Source: Candidatus Multivorans sp. (GTDB lineage Bacteria > Acidobacteriota > Thermoanaerobaculia > Multivoradales > Multivoraceae). From it: a stretch of DNA of 64,000 nucleotides. Both the position numbers and the translations under genes were made by a program. Location of the stretch: assembly GCA_965208755.1 (NCBI GenBank), contig OZ242353.1, forward strand, positions 3,138,671 through 3,202,670. The letters run 5' to 3'. Below are positions 54,908 to 63,934 of the stretch, in pieces (position 1 is the first letter of the stretch; every line of letters begins with the position of its first letter). The notes under the pieces were generated by a model, which did no database searches, was not told where the DNA came from, and worked only from the letters and a program-made list of their open reading frames with translations.

Positions 54908-55855
54908 CTAGTCCTTCAATGCCTGCCAGACCGCTTTAGCGATCTGAATGTCCTGGACCGCGACACCGGTCAGGTCCGCGATGGTGATCTCGTCCTCGTC
55001 CGAGCGCCCTTTGGCCCTGCCGGCGATGATGTCGCCCAGTTCGACGAGACCGGTTTCGGCCACGTGGCCGCCCGCTACCGCGTAGTGCGACTCACCGTGG
55101 TCGACGCACTGCGACCGTGAATCGACGGTACAGACACCCGCTCTTGCGAACAACGCCGGGTCCAGTTCCTGTTTGCCGGGAGCATCGCTACCCATCGCGG
55201 TGACGTGAGTGCCCGGCCGGATCCACTCGTTGCGGACGAGAGCACCCCTCGCCGCCGTGGCGGTGACGATCAGGTTGCTGTTGGCGCAGAGGTCCTGAAG
55301 CGTCTCGGCTATCTGAACGTCGAAGCCGGAATCCGACAGCTCGCTCCGGTACGCCGCCGACTGTTCGGGGCGTCGCGCCCAGACCCGGACCCGGTTGCAA
55401 TCGCGCGCATGCCGCAGGTACTGCAACTGCATGCGGGCCTGCATGCCCGCACCGACAATCCCGATGCACTCGACCGCCTCGGGCGCGAGATAGCGGGCCG
55501 CGATGCAGCCCGCGATGGCGGTACGCACATCGGTCAGGTAGCCCGCGTCGTCCAGCAGGGCCAACGTCTCGCCGGTCTCCGCCGACAGGACGATCATCAT
55601 TCCGCGGCCCGTGGGAAGACCGCGCGAAGCGTTCTCATGGAAGCCGGTGGCGATCTTGACGACGAAAACGTCATCGCCGTGGATGTGACCGTACTTGATG
55701 TGGCAGTCGCCTGGCGGCGTGTCGAAGCCCAGATAGCCGACGGGAGGAACCGTCGCCGCCCCGCTGGACAGCGCCACGAACCCGGCTTCGATCAACTCGA
55801 TGGCGGCGGGTACGTCGAGAACGGATCTGATCTCGTCAAGGCCTGCCGATCGCAT
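54908..55855 (-). CDS. Ornithine cyclodeaminase/mu-crystallin family protein (candidate pyrroline-2-carboxylate reductase)
   Basis: Rossmann motif IGIVGAGMQARMQLQ. I prefer the ATG at 55855, because the track start at 55912 would overlap the divergent gene. Confidence 0.75.
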   Translation of the reverse strand: MRSAGLDEIRSVLDVPAAIELIEAGFVALSSGAATVPPVGYLGFDTPPGDCHIKYGHIHGDDVFVVKIATGFHENASRGLPTGRGMMIVLSAETGETLALLDDAGYLTDVRTAIAGCIAARYLAPEAVECIGIVGAGMQARMQLQYLRHARDCNRVRVWARRPEQSAAYRSELSDSGFDVQIAETLQDLCANSNLIVTATAARGALVRNEWIRPGTHVTAMGSDAPGKQELDPALFARAGVCTVDSRSQCVDHGESHYAVAGGHVAETGLVELGDIIAGRAKGRSDEDEITIADLTGVAVQDIQIAKAVWQALKD

Positions 55856-55883
55856 TCCGAAAATACTATGGCGGGACGACGCC

Positions 55884-56849
55884 ATGACAGACCACCCGAC
55901 TCTCGGTGACATCGTCCGGGCGCAGCACCGCCTGAAGGATCATCTGCGGCCGACACCGCTCGAAGACGCCGCCGATCTCGGCGCCGGGACGTTTCTCAAA
56001 CTGGAGAACGCCAATCGGACACACTCGTTCAAGATACGAGGAGCGCTGAACGCCATGCTGTCGCTGGACGAGAAGGCGCTGGCCCGGGGCATCGTCGCCG
56101 CGTCTTCGGGCAATTTCGCGATGGCGGTCGCTTACGCGGCGCGTCTGTGCGGAGCATCGGCACAGATTCTGATGCCCGTCGCAACGCCGACGAAGAAGGT
56201 AAGCGGAGTACGCCGCTACGGCGCCGGTGCCGCCGAAGCGGTGCTCTTCGGTGACAACTTCGACCAGGCCGAGGCCGAAGCCCTGCGCCGCGCCCGGGGC
56301 GGCCTGACCTGGTTGTCGCCCTACAACGACAGTCGGGTGATCGCCGGGGCCGGCACCATCGGCGTCGAGATCGTCTCCGGGTTGCCCCGGGTCGAAAGGG
56401 TGCTGGTCCCCGTGGGCGGCGGCGGCCTGATTGCCGGCGTTGCCACCGCCCTGAAGGAGCTCAACCCCGCGGTCGAGGTGATCGGCGTGAGTTCCGAATC
56501 GACGCCGGCGATGTTCAACGTCTTCCACAACAACGACAGGCCGCAAGTCTGGAACACCCTTGCCGAGGCGCTCTCGGGCGATATCGAGCCGGGCTCGATG
56601 ACGGTGCCGATCTGCAGGCGCTACCTGGACGATGTGGTGCTTGTTGCCGAGGATCAGATCGCGTCGGCGATGCGGTTCCTGGTCGATGCGCAGGGCTGGG
56701 TGGTCGAAGGCGGCGGCGCGGTCGGTGTGGCGGCCCTCTTGCAGGGCGCGATACCGCGCGACGGCAAGATCACCGCGGTGGTCGTCAGCGGCGGCAACGT
56801 CGACGGAGAGACGTTGCGGCGGATTCTCCAGCTTCCTGAACGGGGGTAG
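55884..56849 (+). CDS. PLP-dependent threonine/serine dehydratase-family enzyme
   Basis: ATG at 55884 (MTDHPTLGDIVRAQHRL). PLP-lysine motif SFKIRGA and a glycine-rich loop VPVGGGGLIAG. Confidence 0.85.
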   Translation: MTDHPTLGDIVRAQHRLKDHLRPTPLEDAADLGAGTFLKLENANRTHSFKIRGALNAMLSLDEKALARGIVAASSGNFAMAVAYAARLCGASAQILMPVATPTKKVSGVRRYGAGAAEAVLFGDNFDQAEAEALRRARGGLTWLSPYNDSRVIAGAGTIGVEIVSGLPRVERVLVPVGGGGLIAGVATALKELNPAVEVIGVSSESTPAMFNVFHNNDRPQVWNTLAEALSGDIEPGSMTVPICRRYLDDVVLVAEDQIASAMRFLVDAQGWVVEGGGAVGVAALLQGAIPRDGKITAVVVSGGNVDGETLRRILQLPERG

Positions 56850-56851
56850 CC

Positions 56852-57124
56852 GTGCCCAGTTACGTTCTGCGGCGCCTGGGAGATCTCCTCCGGCGTGAAC
56901 TCGAGGCGGAGGGCCTTCGGGTGGAGGCCGTCACCGAGAACGGCGAGCCGGTCCTGGTCGTCGGCGAGATGAAGGTCTACCCTCGTCGCCTGCTCGAAGG
57001 GCAGGTGGCCGAAGCCGGCGATGTCGGTGCCGTTGACCTCGACTGGCTCGCCAGGTCCCACCGCACGTACTTCCGCAACCTCCGGCGCTTCCACCCGAGT
57101 CTGGTCACGCCGTCGGATTCCTGA
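56852..57124 (+). CDS. Hypothetical 90-aa protein
   Basis: GTG start 3 nt after the previous stop. Third codon positions are GC-rich. No motif recognised. Confidence 0.35.
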   Translation: MPSYVLRRLGDLLRRELEAEGLRVEAVTENGEPVLVVGEMKVYPRRLLEGQVAEAGDVGAVDLDWLARSHRTYFRNLRRFHPSLVTPSDS

Positions 57125-57146
57125 CGCGACGTACACTTGGCGGCCG

Positions 57147-58190
57147 ATGCGGAACGCCCTGGGCCGTCGATCGATTCTTCTCTGTCTCGCGGCGGCCGCG
57201 GCCGTGGGAGGCTGTGGGGGCGACGGCAGGACGCCGCTGGTCGTGTACTCGCCGCATGGGCGCGACCTGCTGACGGTGGTCGAGCAGGCTTACGAAGAAG
57301 CGCGGCCCGATGTCGACGTGCGCTGGCTCGACATGGGCTCGCAGGAGGTCTACGACCGGATCCGTTCGGAACGCGCGAACCCGCAGGCGGATGTCTGGTT
57401 CGGCGGCCCGGCGACGATCCTGGCGCGTGGCGCCGCGGAGGGACTGCTGGCGCCGTTCGAGCCCTCCTGGGCCGGGGCGCTCGATCCGGCCGACCGGCAT
57501 CCCGAGGGGCTCTACTACACGCTGTACCAGACGCCGACGATCATCGTCTACAACCGCGATGCGATCGGCGAGGACGAGGCGCCCGCCGACTGGGACGATC
57601 TGCTCGACGAGCGCTGGCACGACGAGGTCGTGATCCGCGATCCGCTCGCCAGCGGCACGATGCGGACGATCTTCGGCAAGATCCTGGCGGACTCGGTGTC
57701 GGAGACGGGCAGCACGGAGGCCGGCTTCGACTGGCTGCGCCGCCTGGACGGCCAGACCCGGGAATACGTCCACAGCCCCGCGGTCCTGCACGAGAAGCTG
57801 ACCCGCCAGGAGGGCGTGCTCACGCTCTGGGAGATGACGGACACGCTGTCCCTGATCGATCGCGGCGCGCCGATCGCCTACCGCTTTCCGGCGAGCGGCA
57901 CCGCGGTGATCCAGGATTCGGTCGGCGTGGTCGCGGGCTCGGACAATGAGGACGAGGCGGAGGCGTTCATCGACTGGCTGGGCTCGCCCGAGGCCTTGGG
58001 GCTGGCCGTGGCCGAGGCGTTCCGGCTGCCGGCGCGAGGTGATCTCGATGCCGAGGAACTCGCGCCCTGGGTAGCCGACGTGCAGTCGCGACTCCGCCGC
58101 GCCGAGGTCGACTGGCGGATGATCGAGGAGAACGGCGCCGCGTGGATGGCGGAGTGGGACCGGGCCGTTCGCGGCCAGGGCGGAGGATGA
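57147..58190 (+). CDS. ABC transporter periplasmic solute-binding lipoprotein (iron(III)/thiamine-type family 1)
   Basis: ATG at 57147. Lipobox AVGGCGG. Has VVYSPHGRDLL and ADVWFGGP. Confidence 0.8.
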   Translation: MRNALGRRSILLCLAAAAAVGGCGGDGRTPLVVYSPHGRDLLTVVEQAYEEARPDVDVRWLDMGSQEVYDRIRSERANPQADVWFGGPATILARGAAEGLLAPFEPSWAGALDPADRHPEGLYYTLYQTPTIIVYNRDAIGEDEAPADWDDLLDERWHDEVVIRDPLASGTMRTIFGKILADSVSETGSTEAGFDWLRRLDGQTREYVHSPAVLHEKLTRQEGVLTLWEMTDTLSLIDRGAPIAYRFPASGTAVIQDSVGVVAGSDNEDEAEAFIDWLGSPEALGLAVAEAFRLPARGDLDAEELAPWVADVQSRLRRAEVDWRMIEENGAAWMAEWDRAVRGQGGG

Positions 58191-58206
58191 CCGGACGCGC
58201 CCCGCG

Positions 58207-59301
58207 GTGACGGCGTCCGGGGTTTCCGTCCGCTTCGACGACGTCTTCAAGGCGTTCGACGAGACCGTCGTCCTCGCCGGCGTCTCGTTGACCGTCGAGC
58301 CCGGCGAGATCTTCGCCCTGCTCGGCCCGAGCGGCAGCGGCAAGACGACGATGCTGCGCCTGCTGGCCGGCTTCGAGCAGCTCGACCGCGGTCGTCTGCT
58401 GATCGCGGACGAGGCGGTCGAGCACCTGCCTCCGGCCCGGCGTGGCGTCGGCATGCTGTTCCAGAGCTACGCGCTATTCCCGCACCTGAGCGTGGCGGAG
58501 AACGTCGCCTTCGGGCTGAAGGTCCGTGGCGGCGGGCAGACCGAGGCGGAGGCCCGGGTGGCCGAGATGCTCGAACTCGTCCGACTCTCCGGCTTCGAGC
58601 AGCGGCGGATCGCCGAGCTTTCGGGCGGCCAGCAGCAGCGGGTCGCCCTCGCCCGGGCACTGGCGCCGAGGCCGCGGGTGCTGCTGCTCGATGAGCCGCT
58701 CTCCAACCTCGACCCGGCGTTGCGCGAGGAAACCCGGGCCGACCTGCGGCGCGCGGTCAAGCAGACGGGTATCACGACCGTGCTGGTGACCCACGAGCAG
58801 GAGGAGGCCTTCGAGCTCGGCGAGCGGATCGGCCTGCTGAACGAGGGAGGCCTGGAGCAGGTCGGAGGGCCGGCGGAGCTCTACCGGGATCCCGCTTCGC
58901 GTTTCGTGGCCACGTTCGTCGGACGCTGCTCCGTGCTGGCGGGGTTCGTGAAGGAGCGGCACGGCGGCGACGCACTGAGGGTGCGACTCGCGGCGCAGCC
59001 CGAGGCTCCGGCCTGGCGTTGCCGGAGTAGCGGCGAACTCGCCATGGACGACCGGGTCGACGTCTGCGTTCGTCCGGAGGCCGTGGAACTCGAGACGGGC
59101 GAGGCGCCGGGTCTTGCTGGCGAGATCGAGGCCGAGCGCTTCACCGGCAGCAACAGCTTCTACACGGTGCGTCTGGCGGCGGGACCAACCGTCGAGGTGG
59201 CGATGCCGGGAACCGCGGCCGGCTTGAGGGGCGCCTGCGTCGTCCGGCAGCTTGCCGGAGAGTTGCCGTCCGCCTTTGCCGCCGCGGAGTCCGATCCTTG
59301 A
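58207..59301 (+). CDS. ABC transporter ATP-binding protein (FbpC/PotA-like)
   Basis: Walker A GPSGSGKTT, signature LSGGQQQRVALARAL and Walker B LLLDEP. Confidence 0.9.
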   Translation: MTASGVSVRFDDVFKAFDETVVLAGVSLTVEPGEIFALLGPSGSGKTTMLRLLAGFEQLDRGRLLIADEAVEHLPPARRGVGMLFQSYALFPHLSVAENVAFGLKVRGGGQTEAEARVAEMLELVRLSGFEQRRIAELSGGQQQRVALARALAPRPRVLLLDEPLSNLDPALREETRADLRRAVKQTGITTVLVTHEQEEAFELGERIGLLNEGGLEQVGGPAELYRDPASRFVATFVGRCSVLAGFVKERHGGDALRVRLAAQPEAPAWRCRSSGELAMDDRVDVCVRPEAVELETGEAPGLAGEIEAERFTGSNSFYTVRLAAGPTVEVAMPGTAAGLRGACVVRQLAGELPSAFAAAESDP

Positions 59302-60986
59302 GCGCCGCCGGAGCGGGCCGCGGGGCGCCGCGGCTCCGCTCACTCATGCCGTGGCTGGTGCTGGCGTTCCTGGTCTGGCTCGTCGGCTACCCGCTGCTCG
59401 TCGTCGCGGCGGAGGCCTTCGGCATCGGCAGCCCCGATGGAGGCGGCCCGACGACCGAGGCGTTCCGATCCTTCTTCACGCGCGCCGACGAGTGGAACGC
59501 GATGTGGCGGACCCTGTGGATCTCCGTGCTGTCCACCCTGGCTGCGGCCGCGATCGGGGTGCCGCTGGGTTTCCTCTTCGAGCGCAACGAGATCCCGGGC
59601 CGGCGCCTGCTCGGCGCGCTGGTCGCGTTGCCGGTCGCGCTGCCGCCGCTGGTCGGCGTCATCGCCTTTCTCTTCCTCTACGGCGAGAGCGGTCTGGCGG
59701 CGCGCGGCCTGCAGAGCCTCGGTCTCGACGTGTCCTGGCGCCTGACCGGAGCGTGGGCGATTCTCCTGGTCCACGCGTACTCGATGTACGTCTACTACTA
59801 CCTGTTCACCCGGGCCGGGCTGTCCGGGCAGGACGGGGCGGCGATCGAGGCCGCGCAGAGCCTGGGCGCCAGCAGGTCGCAGATCCTTTTCCGGGTGACC
59901 CTGCCGCGGCTTCGGCCGGCGCTGGCCGGGGCGACGCTGCTCACCTTCATGACCTCGCTTGGCTCGTTCTCGGCACCGTACATCTTCGGCGGCGGCTTCC
60001 GGGTGATGACGACCCAGATCGTCGCCTCCAAGCTGAACGGCGAACTGCGCATGGCGTACGTGGAGACGACGATGCTGGCTCTCCTCGCCTTCGCCTCGTT
60101 GCTTCTGCTCCGCAAGATCGATCCGGGCCTGGATCTGGCGTCGGGTGCGCGGGGCACACCGCCGGCGCGCCGGCGCCTGCACAGCCAGGGCGCGCGGATC
60201 GCCGCCGCGGCCGGCGGCTGGGTCCTGGCCGGTGTGCTGCTGCTGCCGCATGCCACGTTGATCCTGATGTCGCTCGTGCCGCCGAACACCTGGACTGTGG
60301 AGGCGTTCCCGCCCGTGCTCGGGCTCGTCAACTACGGCGAACTCCTGTCATCGACCGAAAGGCTGCGGCCGGCGTTGAACTCGATCTGGATGGCGGCCGT
60401 GGCGACGCTGGCGGCGGTCGTGGTCGGCGTCATGGCGGCGCGGCTGTCGCTCCGGCGGGGCGGCCTGCCGGGCCGTGCGCTGGAGGCGATGATGACCCTG
60501 CCCTGGGCGATCCCCGGCACCGTGTTCGCTCTTGCCCTGGCGGCGGCGATGAGCGTCAACGCTCCCTGGGTCGGCCGCTTCGTGCTGGTGGGCACGCTGT
60601 GGATCCTGCCGCTGGCCTACCTGGTTCGCTCGCTGCCGCTGACCGGGCGTTCCATCTTCGCCGGCCTGCGTCAGCTCGACCCGCGCCTGGAGGAGGCGGC
60701 GGCGAGTCTCGGCGCCGGCTCGTTGAGAACGGTGCTGCAGATCGTGCTGCCCCTGCTCCGGCCGGCGGTGATCGCGGGCGCCGGCCTCGCCTTCATCACG
60801 ATGCTCGGCGACTTCGTGACCTCGATCGTGCTCTACACCTACGACACCCGTCCCATCTCGATCGAGATCCAGTCCAGCCTGCGCATTCAGGAAACGGGGA
60901 TTGCCGCCGCCTACGGCGTGCTGCTGATGATGTTGAGCGCGGCGGCCTTCATCGCCTGGGACGACCGGGCCGGCGGCCGGCTCTGA
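59298..60986 (+). CDS. ABC transporter permease, duplicated (two transmembrane modules)
   Basis: 562 aa with two EAA-like loops (EAAQSLGASRSQILFRVTLP and EAAASLGAGSLRTVLQIVLP). Overlaps the ATPase stop. Confidence 0.85.
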   Translation: MSAAGAGRGAPRLRSLMPWLVLAFLVWLVGYPLLVVAAEAFGIGSPDGGGPTTEAFRSFFTRADEWNAMWRTLWISVLSTLAAAAIGVPLGFLFERNEIPGRRLLGALVALPVALPPLVGVIAFLFLYGESGLAARGLQSLGLDVSWRLTGAWAILLVHAYSMYVYYYLFTRAGLSGQDGAAIEAAQSLGASRSQILFRVTLPRLRPALAGATLLTFMTSLGSFSAPYIFGGGFRVMTTQIVASKLNGELRMAYVETTMLALLAFASLLLLRKIDPGLDLASGARGTPPARRRLHSQGARIAAAAGGWVLAGVLLLPHATLILMSLVPPNTWTVEAFPPVLGLVNYGELLSSTERLRPALNSIWMAAVATLAAVVVGVMAARLSLRRGGLPGRALEAMMTLPWAIPGTVFALALAAAMSVNAPWVGRFVLVGTLWILPLAYLVRSLPLTGRSIFAGLRQLDPRLEEAAASLGAGSLRTVLQIVLPLLRPAVIAGAGLAFITMLGDFVTSIVLYTYDTRPISIEIQSSLRIQETGIAAAYGVLLMMLSAAAFIAWDDRAGGRL

Positions 60987-61002
60987 CTGCTCGAAGACCT
61001 CC

Positions 61003-62190
61003 GTGTCACGGCTGATCGACCATCGCCTGGCGGCGCTCATGGTCGTCGCCTTCGTCAGCACGCTGGGCGAGTTTCTGGTGGTGGCGCTCCTGCCCTTCTA
61101 CGCCGAGCGCTACGGCGCGACCCCCCTGGAGATCGGCGCCCTGGTGTCCGCCTTCGCCCTGGCGTCGATGGCGACCGCTCCACTCTGGGGCCGGCTCGCC
61201 GACCGCAGAGGCCGCCGGCCGGCGCTGCTCCTTGGCCTCGTGGTCTCGGCCGCGGGCTACATGCTCTTCGGCCTGGCCCAGTCGCTCGAACTGCTGCTCC
61301 TGGCCCGGCTGGTGCACGGTGTCGGCGGCGGCACGGTGCCGGTCGTGTTCGCCTACATCGCCGACTCGGTCACTGGGGAACGCCGTGCCGAGGGAATCGG
61401 CTGGGTGACCGCCGTCACCAGCTCCGCCGCGATGATCGGCCCGGCCGTGGGCGGTCTCGCGGGCCAGCTTCATCCGGCCGGCGCCGGCGCCGTGGCCGCG
61501 GCGTTCAGCCTGGCGGCCGCGGTGTTCGCGCGTTTCCGGCTGCCGGAGTCGCGGCAGAGAACGGAAGGGGAGCCGGCGGAGGAGACGCGCTACTCGATCC
61601 TCGCCGCGGTCGGTCGCGTGGCCGGGCAGCCGCTGCGTCCGCTCAACCTGCTGATCTGGATCTACGCCGCCGGACAGATCGGCATGGCGGGGATGACCGC
61701 GATCATCGGCCTCTACCTCGGGCGCCGTTTCGGCGTGGACGAGTCGAACATCGGCCTGTTCTTCTTCTACCTGGGCGGCCTGTCCATCGCCTTCCGGGTG
61801 TTCGCTTTGGGGCCGGCCGTTCGGCGTTTCGGCGAGGTCAGGGTTCTGCGCGCCGGCGCCGTGAGCTTCGGCGTCGGATTGATCGCCATTCCGTTCGCCA
61901 CGGGTCTCTGGACGCTTGGAGCGGCGATCTTCCTGGTCCCGCTCGGAACGTCGCTGCTCTTCCCCTGCACGACATCCCAGGTCTCGAAGCGCGCCCCCGG
62001 AAGCGGCGTCGTCGGTCAGGTGCTCGGCGTGCAGCAGGCGTACGGCAACGGCAGCAAGATCGCGGCGCCGCTGGTCGCGGGCTACATGTTCCAGGCGTTG
62101 TCGCCGGAGGCGCCGTTCATTGCCATCGGAGCGGTGCTGATCGTCGCGGCGGCGATGTCCGTGCGACTGCCGGCCGAGCCTGCCGGGTAA
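61003..62190 (+). CDS. MFS transporter
   Basis: Twelve hydrophobic segments and an MFS loop motif GRLADRRGRRP. Confidence 0.8.
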   Translation: MSRLIDHRLAALMVVAFVSTLGEFLVVALLPFYAERYGATPLEIGALVSAFALASMATAPLWGRLADRRGRRPALLLGLVVSAAGYMLFGLAQSLELLLLARLVHGVGGGTVPVVFAYIADSVTGERRAEGIGWVTAVTSSAAMIGPAVGGLAGQLHPAGAGAVAAAFSLAAAVFARFRLPESRQRTEGEPAEETRYSILAAVGRVAGQPLRPLNLLIWIYAAGQIGMAGMTAIIGLYLGRRFGVDESNIGLFFFYLGGLSIAFRVFALGPAVRRFGEVRVLRAGAVSFGVGLIAIPFATGLWTLGAAIFLVPLGTSLLFPCTTSQVSKRAPGSGVVGQVLGVQQAYGNGSKIAAPLVAGYMFQALSPEAPFIAIGAVLIVAAAMSVRLPAEPAG

Positions 62191-62216
62191 CCTGTGCCGC
62201 ACAGGGAGGTACAGGC

Positions 62217-63305
62217 ATGCCCCACTTGTCGTTGTCCGCGCTGTCGGCCGGCACCCTGCTCGAGGCGGCGGGGATGCTGCTGCTGTTCATCGGTTTTCTC
62301 TTCGTGGGTTCGATGGTCCTGCCGGGCCGCCGGGTCGCCGGTCCGGAGCTCGAGGGGGAGACGCGCGTCTACAAGCTGAACGGCCTTCCCCTTTTCCTGG
62401 TCACCGTGACCCTGGGAATCGTCGCCCAGGGGTTCGGCTGGTTCTCCTTCTCCGTGCTGCACACGCGCTTCGCCGCGTTGTTCGTCGTCGCGAACGTGTT
62501 CGCCTTCGCTGCTGCCGCCTGGCTCTACTTCCGGGGTGCCCGGGCCGGGGCCGCCTCCGCGGACGCCGGGCGAGGGTTCCTGATGGGTTCGGAACTCAAT
62601 CCGACCTGCTGCGGCGTCGACCTGAAGATGTTCAGCTACCGCCCGTCGCTGATCGGCCTGGCGGTGTTCAACCTCTCTTTCGCCGCCGTCCAGTTCGAAA
62701 CCGACGGCCGGCTGACGCTGGCGATGGCCGTCTACCAGGCCATCACCTTCGTCTACGTGTTCAACTACTTCCAGTTCGAGTACGGCATGGTCCACACCTG
62801 GGACATCATCGCCGAGCGGTTCGGGTTGGGCCTCGTCTGGGGCGACTACGTCCTGGTGCCGTTCTTCTACTGCCTTTCCGGGTGGTGGCTGGTCGACGCG
62901 CCGGACACCCTGCCGCCGGTCGCGGCGGTCGGGATCGTCCTGCTCGCCGCCTTCGGCTTCTGGATGTTCCGCGGCGCCAACGAGCAGAAACACCGCTTCA
63001 AGCAGGACCCGAACGTCAGGATCTGGGGCCGGCCCGCCGAGACCCTGGACGGGCGTTTGCTGGTGTCCGGTTTCTGGGGCAAGGGGCGGCACCTCAACTA
63101 CACCGGCGAGATCTGCGTTTACTTCGCGTTCACCCTGACCACCGGCTTCGTGTCCTGGGTGCCCTTCCTGCTGCCGGCGTGGTTGACGGGACTGCTGCTG
63201 CACCGCTCGAGGCGCGACGACCGCCGATGCCGCGCGAAGTACGGAGAACTCTGGGAGCGTTACACGAAGCGGGTGCGTTACTCGGTGCTGCCGTTCATTC
63301 CGTAG
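62217..63305 (+). CDS. ERG4/ERG24-family (sterol C14/C24-reductase-like) membrane reductase
   Basis: C-terminal signature LLVSGFWGKGRHLNYTGEI ... LLLHRSRRDDRRCRAKYGELWERY. Confidence 0.75.
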   Translation: MPHLSLSALSAGTLLEAAGMLLLFIGFLFVGSMVLPGRRVAGPELEGETRVYKLNGLPLFLVTVTLGIVAQGFGWFSFSVLHTRFAALFVVANVFAFAAAAWLYFRGARAGAASADAGRGFLMGSELNPTCCGVDLKMFSYRPSLIGLAVFNLSFAAVQFETDGRLTLAMAVYQAITFVYVFNYFQFEYGMVHTWDIIAERFGLGLVWGDYVLVPFFYCLSGWWLVDAPDTLPPVAAVGIVLLAAFGFWMFRGANEQKHRFKQDPNVRIWGRPAETLDGRLLVSGFWGKGRHLNYTGEICVYFAFTLTTGFVSWVPFLLPAWLTGLLLHRSRRDDRRCRAKYGELWERYTKRVRYSVLPFIP

Positions 63306-63351
63306 GGGATTCCGGTGCGGACGGCGCTGCGCGCCGGCAGTGTTTCCTGAG

Positions 63352-63374
63352 GCGGGTCAGAAGACCCGCGCACC
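63352..63374 (+). repeat. REP-like element, copy C (core hairpin only)
   Basis: GCGGGTCAGAAGACCCGCGCACC, with the flank ...GCGCACCCAG shared with copy D. Confidence 0.7.
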
Positions 63375-63380
63375 CAGCGA

Positions 63381-63409
63381 AAAGGGCGCGGCCATCGGCC
63401 GCGCCCTTT
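63381..63409 (-). terminator. Rho-independent-type hairpin, bidirectional (tRNA-fMet and the ERG4/24-like gene)
   Basis: AAAGGGCGCGGCC-ATC-GGCCGCGCCCTTT forms a 13-bp stem. On the minus strand it is followed by TTTTCGC. Confidence 0.65.
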
Positions 63410-63416
63410 GAAGACT

Positions 63417-63493
<77 letters not shown>

Positions 63494-63505
63494 TCAGGAC
63501 CGAAA

Positions 63506-63534
63506 ATCGTGGCACAGGCGGGAGGAGGTGTCAA
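63506..63534 (-). promoter_or_regulatory. Candidate tRNA-fMet promoter (TTGACA-17 nt-CACGAT)
   Basis: On the minus strand the perfect -35 is at 63529-63534 and the -10-like hexamer at 63506-63511. The -10 ends 12 nt before the mature tRNA 5' end. Confidence 0.4.
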
Positions 63535-63583
63535 CCATTCGGACGCTCCGGCCGCGGGACCGCGGCTCGTGTAGGCTCTCCCC

Positions 63584-63934
63584 GTGTCGGCGACGCCGGA
63601 AGGTAGGCGCGAACGGCTGCGGGAGCGCGTGGATCGTTGGCGCGAGAGGGCTCAGCGTTCGCTGCCGACGTTGATCGGCGTGGGGCTGATCCTGGCCCTT
63701 CTGTTTCTCGCGAGGGCGGGCTCCGAGAGCTACGCGGGCTTGGCTGAGCTCGCGGAGCGCGAGGGGGAACTCGAGATCGACCTGGAGGAGACCCGGCTGC
63801 GCGTGGAGCGACTCAGGCGCACGGTGGAGTTGCTCCAGGACGATCCCGTGGTGCTTGAGCGGCTGGCGCGCGAGGAGCTGGGCCTCGTGAGGCCGGGCGA
63901 CACGGTTGTCGTCCTGCCGCAGACGGACGACTGA
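63584..63934 (+). CDS. ftsB: Septum formation initiator (FtsB/DivIC family)
   Basis: GTG start, one TM helix (LIGVGLILALLFL), a coiled coil, and the conserved C-terminal LERLAREELGLVRPGDTVVVL. Confidence 0.75.
   Translation: MSATPEGRRERLRERVDRWRERAQRSLPTLIGVGLILALLFLARAGSESYAGLAELAEREGELEIDLEETRLRVERLRRTVELLQDDPVVLERLAREELGLVRPGDTVVVLPQTDD

Noticed and set aside
55856-55912. Upstream start (55912) for the ornithine cyclodeaminase-family gene
   Set aside because: It would overlap the divergently transcribed PLP-dehydratase gene start (55884) by 29 nt. The conserved N-terminal region begins after the Met at 55855.
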